Part shown: piece by piece, positions 55,821-64,000 of the stretch
Position numbering within the stretch: the first letter of the stretch is position 1
How the letters are laid out: every line of letters begins with the position of its first letter
NCBI GenBank assembly: GCA_964016885.1
Contig: OZ024742.1
Location: 208,878,001-208,942,000 of the forward strand
Direction: 5' to 3'
From: Eledone cirrhosa
Lineage: Eukaryota
Length of the DNA stretch: 64,000 bases
Program-made: the position numbers and the translations under genes
The notes under the pieces: model-generated
The model's database searches: none
Seen by the model: only the letters and a program-made list of their open reading frames with translations
What the model was told of the DNA's origin: nothing

Positions 55821-56294
55821 TTTGTGTGTTCGTGATAGAGAAAGAGAGAGAGAGACAGAGAGAGAGAGGGGGAGTCTGGTGAAGCTGACTACGTGTGTGT
55901 ATAGTGTGTGGATAGAGTAAGTAATTCTGTTATCTCGGTTTCATGAGAAAATAAATGAACTATTCAGTGTAAAATAAGTACTAGGAGATGTGAGAGAGCA
56001 GTGAATGGTATTTCAGATTTTTGCTGATGTCTGTTTGTATCCCATAGGTGACCTCGTAATTAATCCTCTAAAGCTTGCCTAGCACGTACATTTCTACATA
56101 AACACAACCCTTGGGGATACTATCACTGTATTAAGATAATTTGAAAATTTACCAGTTTGTAAGATGGCTCCCTGGAGATTATCTCACATTTTGCTTGGAG
56201 CAGACACACATACACACAATTGCATCCTAGTGCACAAACATAAACACATTCATAAGCATACGTGCATATATGTATATATATATATATACACACA

Positions 56295-56390
56295 CGTTAA
56301 GACCCTCTTCCTGCTATATCAAGTGTTAACCTGATATATCCCTTCCATATACTGTCACGATTGTGTTGTTATTTCTGTTTACCTTTTACA
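56295..56390 (+). mobile_element. Family M pLTR 3' tip
   Basis: Matches 60446-60540. Confidence 0.85.
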
Positions 56391-56394
56391 TACA

Positions 56395-56429
<35 letters not shown>

Positions 56430-56842
56430 ATAATAAATGTGAAGACTAAAATCCAAAGAGGGCTCGATAAGGATAAATATATATCAAATATATAAGAACC
56501 CTAGCGCAATTATTTATTAAAATAACAGATTAAAATTTAAGCAAAGAATCGCTGCTTTCACTCTTAACGGGATCTTCTAAAACTAAAAAAATCAATCTGT
56601 GAACGCAGAAGTAAATATTTCGTAAAACGTTGCAAAGGAAAGAAAACAGGAAGACGATACTTTGGTTCGTGAAGACGTTCCCTGGCTATGAACGGAAAAA
56701 AGCGAAGATAATACGTCGTTATGTGGAGCTTTGAGAATAAATACACGCAAAGACAGAACCACGTTTATGGTATAAATGGAGTCGTAGACTAATATTCTAT
56801 TTAGGAAACCGAGTGATTCTCGGCTTCGGAGTTAAGAATAAT

Positions 56843-57027
56843 TGTTTCTACTTTTGGCACAAGGCCAGCAATTATCCCAGTGTATTACTGGTACTTTATT
56901 TTATCGACCCCGTAAGGATGAAAGGCAAAGTTAACCTCGGCGGGATTTGAACTCAGTCCGTAAAGGTACGTAACTGTGCTGCAAAGCATGGCGTCCGACC
57001 CTCTACCGATACTGCCAATCCACTGCC
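56843..57027 (-). mobile_element. SINE with 19-bp TSD
   Basis: TSD cttcggagttaagaataat at ~56824-56842 and ~57028-57046. Confidence 0.9.
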
Positions 57028-57069
57028 CTTCGGAGTTAAGAATAATGTAAATAAATTAGTAGAACGATG

Positions 57070-57180
57070 GGGGGTTTATTTTACATATAACACATTTCTT
57101 ATTAGTACAGTGGGTTTTCTTATAGGGGTATGTTTTGCTGATCAGGGATGCTATGGTAGTTCCTTGCTTTTCCACAGTGA
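57070..57180 (-). pseudogene. Fragment of the PLE family seen at 63038-64000
   Basis: EKQGTTIASLISKTYPYKKTHCTNKKCVICKINP vs EKPGTTIKSLISKTYPFKKTHCTNRKCIICKVNP. Confidence 0.85.
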
Positions 57181-57191
57181 GTGTGTTCTGG

Positions 57192-57580
57192 TGGATTGGC
57201 AGTATCGGTAGAGGGTCGGACGCCATGCTTTCCAGCATAGTTACGTCCCTTTACGATCTGCGTTCAAATCCCGACGAGGTTGACTTTGCCTTTCATCCTT
57301 ACGGAGTCGATAAAATAAAGTACCAGTAATGCACTGAAAAATTTCTGGCCTTGTGCCTAATGTAGAAACAATTATTTCTGGCAATAAGGGCGGTGAATTG
57401 ACAGTATCGGTAGAGGGTCGGACGCCATGCTTTGACGCATAGAGTTACGACCCTTGCCATTCTGAGTTCAAATCCCGCCGAGGTTAACTTTGCCTTTCAT
57501 CCTTACGGGTTCGATAAAATGAAGTACCAGTAATGTGGTAGGTAATTGCTGGCCTTGTGCCAATAGTAGAAACAATCATT
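57192..57580 (+). mobile_element. Two tandem SINEs
   Basis: Copies at ~57192-57376 and ~57387-57580. Confidence 0.88.
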
Positions 57581-57606
57581 ACAACAATATGACCCTCCCC
57601 AAGTAT

Positions 57607-57724
<118 letters not shown>

Positions 57725-58117
57725 ATTGTATTGCTTAGGCAGTAGTTAATTGAATGAGATTTGGGCCACAACCACGGGTACTGCCACCCATAAACGGAAG
57801 AGGAAATAGCAAAATACGGGGTCTTTCATGTCGCTCATTGTATGGACCCTCTGGTGCTATCGATTTCCGAACTGTTTGACGACGTAGCTCCATGAGATGG
57901 GGTTGCTGATCCACCGTGTTTCGCTTGATGTTCTTCACCGCAATGTCTTCGCCTCAATCTTTTCACCATCTTAACCGTGCGGCACAGCAGAGATATACCG
58001 TCTAGAATGGGGTACAAATTCTACCAATCTCATCTTTTCCTTTGCAATTTTTCTACATTTTCATTTTCTTTTCTATATATATATATATATATATATGCAA
58101 ACATTACTTAAGGAAAA

Positions 58118-58213
58118 CACGAGTCTGATGAGCTATTGATTCCAGAGTCGGCCGCGATAGATACTGATTGTAGCATGAGCTGATCGATCGTGAAACACGA
58201 CGCGTCACACGTG
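58118..58213 (+). ncRNA. Type I hammerhead ribozyme with long stem II
   Basis: cacgagt-CTGATGA-(60 nt)-GAAA-cacgacgc-GTC-acacgtg. Confidence 0.65.
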
Positions 58214-58294
58214 AATAAATATAATGATCATATTTTGACACCTCGTTCATACTGTTTAGTCTTATTATTATTATTATTATTATTTATTATTATG

Positions 58295-58571
58295 AGTATG
58301 TGTCTGTAAATTAAAGGTGGAAAACTGGGAGAGGGCACTTGCCCTGGTGGTCAGGGTCACTGTGGTCTTTTAATGGGCTTTCTCCACAAATGTCCCTCGG
58401 AAGTCTCCCCCCTATTGGGGAATTTTTCTTTGTTATTTTATTACATCCTCTGTTTTTTTTTACACGCAGAAATGCCCATTTGTACCGTCCTGTATTGTCC
58501 TGTACTGTCCTTAATATCTACTTTATGTAAACCCTTGTGGTTAATAAAGAAAACATTATTATTATTATCAT

Positions 58572-58575
<4 letters not shown>
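58295..58575 (+). mobile_element. 3' UTR fragment related to the L1/Tx1 element
   Basis: Shares gagaggg..ccctgg, cccctat.ggggaattt, tgtcc repeats, AATAAA + (ATT)n with 54710-54997. Confidence 0.7.
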
Positions 58576-58623
<48 letters not shown>

Positions 58624-58837
58624 TGTTTGATGAAAGTAACATCATTGATTTAAAGCAAAAAAATGTCACTTTGTGATAAGCTTTATCTACTTAATGATGC
58701 CGTAGGCTATATTTTGTGATACTACTTCGCCACGTTGTTTTGTTTATATGTGGCGGTCTTTGTATTACATACTGTCGTTTATGATGATATTTTGTGACAA
58801 ATGTGTACGGGGAACATGATTCTGTCAAAAACACCAG

Positions 58838-58939
<102 letters not shown>

Positions 58940-59466
58940 GCACACTCATATATATATATATATATAGGCGTAGGTACAGACATGCGTATACTCACATAGA
59001 TATATCTATACTAATGTATATATGTATGTATGTATTTATAGATAGATAGATAGATACATAGATATCCATAGTGAATGCTACTCCTTATCAAAAGCGTGCC
59101 ATCCTTTCATGGACATTGCAAGATCATTGGTACGTAGGTGACTTTTCACAATAGCTTTTGTTTTTCAGGCACGTTCTAAGATGTGACACATGATCTGTAG
59201 GTCTCTTGGCATTACTAGTTGGAGTTGGTCATCATAAATTCAACCATGATTGCTCGGTCCATGAGCTTACTTGTAAATTAAGCCACACTCATTGTCAATG
59301 TACCGCGAAGGGCATGGCCGTAGAACATTCACACATGTGGGTCGATTTCTACCTGGCTCGCGTGACTTTAGAAAGTTGACAAATGCAGCACTTGACAAAA
59401 GAAATCGTCCACACGCATTGCACCTAAATTCTAACTGAACCCATCCTGATTTATATATATATATAC

Positions 59467-60540
<1,074 letters not shown>

Positions 60541-60782
60541 ATACATATATATATATCAACGCTCACGTGGACCTCTCTAAACTCGTTGGATTTTCTGATT
60601 GGACTTTCACCTCGAAACTGGATACCAACCCGGAGTACACCTGAACTTCCACCAGGAAGTCTTTCGTATCTGTGAAATTTTCTTTGCTTCTTGCATTTAA
60701 ATATTCCACGACTCTCTACCACTTTTCCTCTACTACATTCTTCTCACCCTTCTACTTTTCAATCCCACCATAGTACCTTAAA

Positions 60783-61360
60783 TATGCCCTATCTCAAATC
60801 TTTTCTCCGCCAGCTCCATTCTACTCTCAAGCGATTCTTCCAACCTCTTCCCCCTATATGCATCCAATCCTCCCTGCATCTCTCCAACCTCATCTTCATC
60901 AAAACTCGATACAACAGTCATATCACATTTTTAGTCGCTGTCTCCCCTACCACCTCATTTCCGCCTCAAGTCTTACCCCACTTCTTACTTTGCTGCCACC
61001 ACTGAGCCCATCCTTACCCATTCCTCTCGCCAGCTCATACGGGCGACCATTCGATCAAATCTCGCCCAAATCTGTTCTCTCGACCGAGATCTCCCCAAGG
61101 CCTACCCCCATCTCTCCTCCACTTGCCACCCTTTCCTTGCGCAATCCCTTATCCAATTCATCCTTTACCTCAATCGCCTCCTTTTCAACTTCCTCACTTC
61201 CGCAAAAAACCATAAACTCGACTGTCTCCGCTCCCCACCATACTCATATCACCTCCAACCCTAACCCCTCTATCTCATCACCTACCACTGTATCTACCCA
61301 CGCTTTACCCAACGACCTTGACCCCTCGGCTTCCACCTCTTTCACTCCCCCACGTCCCTG
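60783..61360 (+). pseudogene. Probable PLE ORF N-terminal fragment
   Basis: TRYNSHITF/SRCLPYHLI resembles PLE N-termini; lies just downstream of a pLTR. Confidence 0.45.
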
Positions 61361-61362
61361 CA

Positions 61363-61439
<77 letters not shown>

Positions 61440-61589
61440 GGGGGTGTAACTTGGAGTTACTGCCGGTTCACCCGGGAGAGCACTCGATGTTTAGGTTCTT
61501 TTCTGTGATGAGGTGTAGAGCTATACAGAATGTAATATATTGAAAAGATAACAAGGACGATTGGTTACACCTTCATTACTTTTATTGGT

Positions 61590-61678
61590 AGGGGACGCGC
61601 GTTTCGCCACTAATCAGGTCAAGCTTGGATCTGTATCGATCCTACCCGACTCAATGAACGGCAGCTCGACGGACCCTT
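61590..61678 (-). ncRNA. Degenerate hammerhead ribozyme
   Basis: agggt-CCGTCGA-gctgc..gtggc-GAAA-cgcgc-GTC-ccct; two core mismatches. Confidence 0.5.
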
Positions 61679-61685
61679 TAAAATG

Positions 61686-61746
<61 letters not shown>

Positions 61747-61810
61747 GTGGAACACTGGAAGGTAATATCCGTAGTGGTAGAGCACTCAGTCCAAGGGAAG
61801 AGTCACCATA

Positions 61811-61851
61811 CCGAGAACAAATTGTTTCACCTTCGCGGATCTTCAGCTCGG
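61811..61851 (-). ncRNA. Type I hammerhead ribozyme in a ~50-bp fold-back (61803-61907)
   Basis: ccgag-CTGAAGA-tcc gcgaa ggt-GAAA-caattt-GTT-ctcgg; decayed inverted copy 61858-61907. Confidence 0.78.
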
Positions 61852-61926
61852 GATGTGTCCCGAGCGGGAGATACTCGAAGGTGAAACAATTGTTCTAGGT
61901 ATGGTGAACTAACTGTTGTGTAACCA

Positions 61927-62013
<87 letters not shown>

Positions 62014-62021
62014 GTATATAT

Positions 62022-62072
<51 letters not shown>

Positions 62073-62114
62073 TTTACGTATAGTATAATATATATATTAC
62101 ACTTGTGATTATTT

Positions 62115-62158
62115 ATGCCCTTGAGAAGCCCGACTGGGCGAAACGTACGTAGGTGATA
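62115..62158 (+). ncRNA. Hammerhead ribozyme, U3:A8 variant
   Basis: cc-TTGAGAA-gccc gact gggc-GAAA-cgtac-GTA-gg; stem I weak. Confidence 0.68.
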
Positions 62159-62245
62159 TTTTAAATAAACATGTTTTAACGGTCTATTCTCCGATTTTTT
62201 ACTTTCCCACGTATATATATATATATATGAATATATATGTATATA

Positions 62246-62295
<50 letters not shown>

Positions 62296-62308
62296 AGTAT
62301 ATATATAC

Positions 62309-62404
<96 letters not shown>

Positions 62405-62412
62405 ATATATGT

Positions 62413-62440
<28 letters not shown>

Positions 62441-62443
<3 letters not shown>

Positions 62444-62473
62444 AGCTCAGCCGTCGGGGTCCTACTGGTTCCT
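62441..62473 (+). mobile_element. 33-bp family C terminal fragment in (TA)n
   Basis: ttgagctcagccgtcggggtcctactggttcc matches 39472-39503. Confidence 0.8.
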
Positions 62474-62474
62474 A

Positions 62475-62535
<61 letters not shown>

Positions 62536-63037
62536 ATATTTGGGGAGGGTCATATTTGCGTAATATTGCCAGAATTAATAACAGAACACACTCACTGTTT
62601 GGTTGGTTTTCGCTTCTCGCTGTCTTTTATATATATATATCTGCGATCTAACTTACTCGGTCCTCAATGTTGCCATTGACTGACCGGTGGTCAAAAATAA
62701 AATAATACAGATACAATATAGACAAACACATATATATATAGTTTACATAAATCTTTCGTTGCACATCTGCAACATCGTCAGTGGTGTTATATTCATTGTT
62801 CCTCCTGTTGTGTTGTATGTCTACGCCATTTTTTTTGTTCAGTCCGTCTATATATTTATTTATTTGTTTGCTTGTTTGTTTATCTTATTTTATTTTGTCT
62901 TCTTTGCGCATGCGTTTGCGTGTGTGATGTGTGACTAGTGTGTATAGTGTTGTGTCTGCTGGGTGACTAGTGTGTGTTTATGTGCTTGTGTATGTATTTA
63001 TTTATCTTATTTTATTTAATTTAATTTACTTATTTAT

Positions 63038-64000
63038 TTATACTTCTCTTAGGTCAGTGTTGTTTGTTTGGGTGTTGTTGTTGTTCCACTCATTCTTTCT
63101 GTTTAGCTTTGGTCTTCTAATTTCTATTTCACTGGCCTCTCTGATTTGCCTATCTGCTGGGTCATTCCTATGTTTAGATATTATTCTAATTTCTATGTTG
63201 TCTATGTTACCGTCATGATGTTGTCTAGCATGTTCGTATAGTACTGACCCGTTTTTTCGTCCTTTTAGTTCCCCCCAGTGTTGGTCTATCCTTTCACCTA
63301 TGCTACGAGCTGTCTCACCTATGTATGTTGTTGTCGTGTTTCTACAAGTACCCTCTGTACATCTTATGCTATAGACTACGTTTCTAGTTTTACAGTTTAT
63401 CCGGGGGTTCACCTTACATATGATACATTTCCTATTGGTACAGTGGGTTTTCTTAAAAGGGTAGGTTTTGCTGATCAGGGATTTTATGGTGGTTCCTGGC
63501 TTTTCTACCACCTTTATTTTTAAGTGGGTCTTTCTCAGGGCCTTTCTACACTGGTTAGCTAATTTCCCTCCAGGGGTGGCGTCCACAAACATGACACTCT
63601 GATATCTCTGGTTGTCGTACCATGATGTGGCCTTCCCTATCTTATGTCTAGCCCTATCTAAGCTATTCCATGATTTGCTCCTGTATAGTGGGCAAATTCC
63701 TTTCATGTCCAGTTCTATGAGGGTCTTATACTTTTCCATGGCTCCTTCGTATACTCTGACTCTGTCTCTTTGGTTGTAGCCAGAGAACTGCATGCGGTTG
63801 ATGAAGTGTTGGATGTGTCCTTCCATTTCTGTTGGGTCGCACATGCTGGACACATTCTTCATCACTCGTACCAAATCTGCGATCAGAATATTAAACTTAG
63901 CACTACTGGACATTGCTGAGTTTTTGAGTATCAGGTATTTGGAGGCCATGGGTTTAGCATAGTGTGAGTGGAGAATTTGGGCTCTCTCGTCTATAGTGTT
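63038..64000 (-). CDS. PLE polyprotein C-terminal part (RT thumb/linker + GIY-YIG), open to window edge
   Basis: 303-aa ORF, open further upstream (..HSHYAKPMAS); CIICK..CKTRNVVYSIRC..YIGETARS..ER..QH..RQIREA..LNRKNEW; 3' non-coding region to ~62530. Confidence 0.9.
   Translation of the reverse strand, partial: NTIDERAQILHSHYAKPMASKYLILKNSAMSSSAKFNILIADLVRVMKNVSSMCDPTEMEGHIQHFINRMQFSGYNQRDRVRVYEGAMEKYKTLIELDMKGICPLYRSKSWNSLDRARHKIGKATSWYDNQRYQSVMFVDATPGGKLANQCRKALRKTHLKIKVVEKPGTTIKSLISKTYPFKKTHCTNRKCIICKVNPRINCKTRNVVYSIRCTEGTCRNTTTTYIGETARSIGERIDQHWGELKGRKNGSVLYEHARQHHDGNIDNIEIRIISKHRNDPADRQIREASEIEIRRPKLNRKNEWNNNNTQTNNTDLREV

Overview
AT-rich, microsatellite-dense animal DNA made almost entirely of transposon material, with no supportable host exon. 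The abundant tRNA/CORE-type SINE and the (TA)n/(CA)n density suggest an octopod cephalopod (inference). Contents: many decayed Penelope-like elements (PLEs; RT + C-terminal GIY-YIG, at least three sequence types), one degenerate R4/Dong-type RLE LINE (44.5-48.3 kb, minus), one degenerate L1/Tx1-type LINE (49.3-55.0 kb, plus), a CR1 3' end, about 13 SINE copies, a pogo/Tigger-like MITE and possible Helitron ends. The main signal is about 20 type I hammerhead ribozyme (HHR) motifs from many unrelated sequence families, mostly in fold-back (inverted-repeat) cassettes inserted in (TA)n or (CA)n. These include ORF-less mini-hairpins with an HHR on each strand, a ~1.29 kb non-coding unit bounded by HHR cleavage sites (retrozyme-like), and U3:A8 variant cores. 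HHRs and inverted pseudo-LTRs (pLTRs) in PLEs are known; their density, diversity and ORF-less forms here deserve testing. All alignments and folds were done by eye, and boundaries are approximate.
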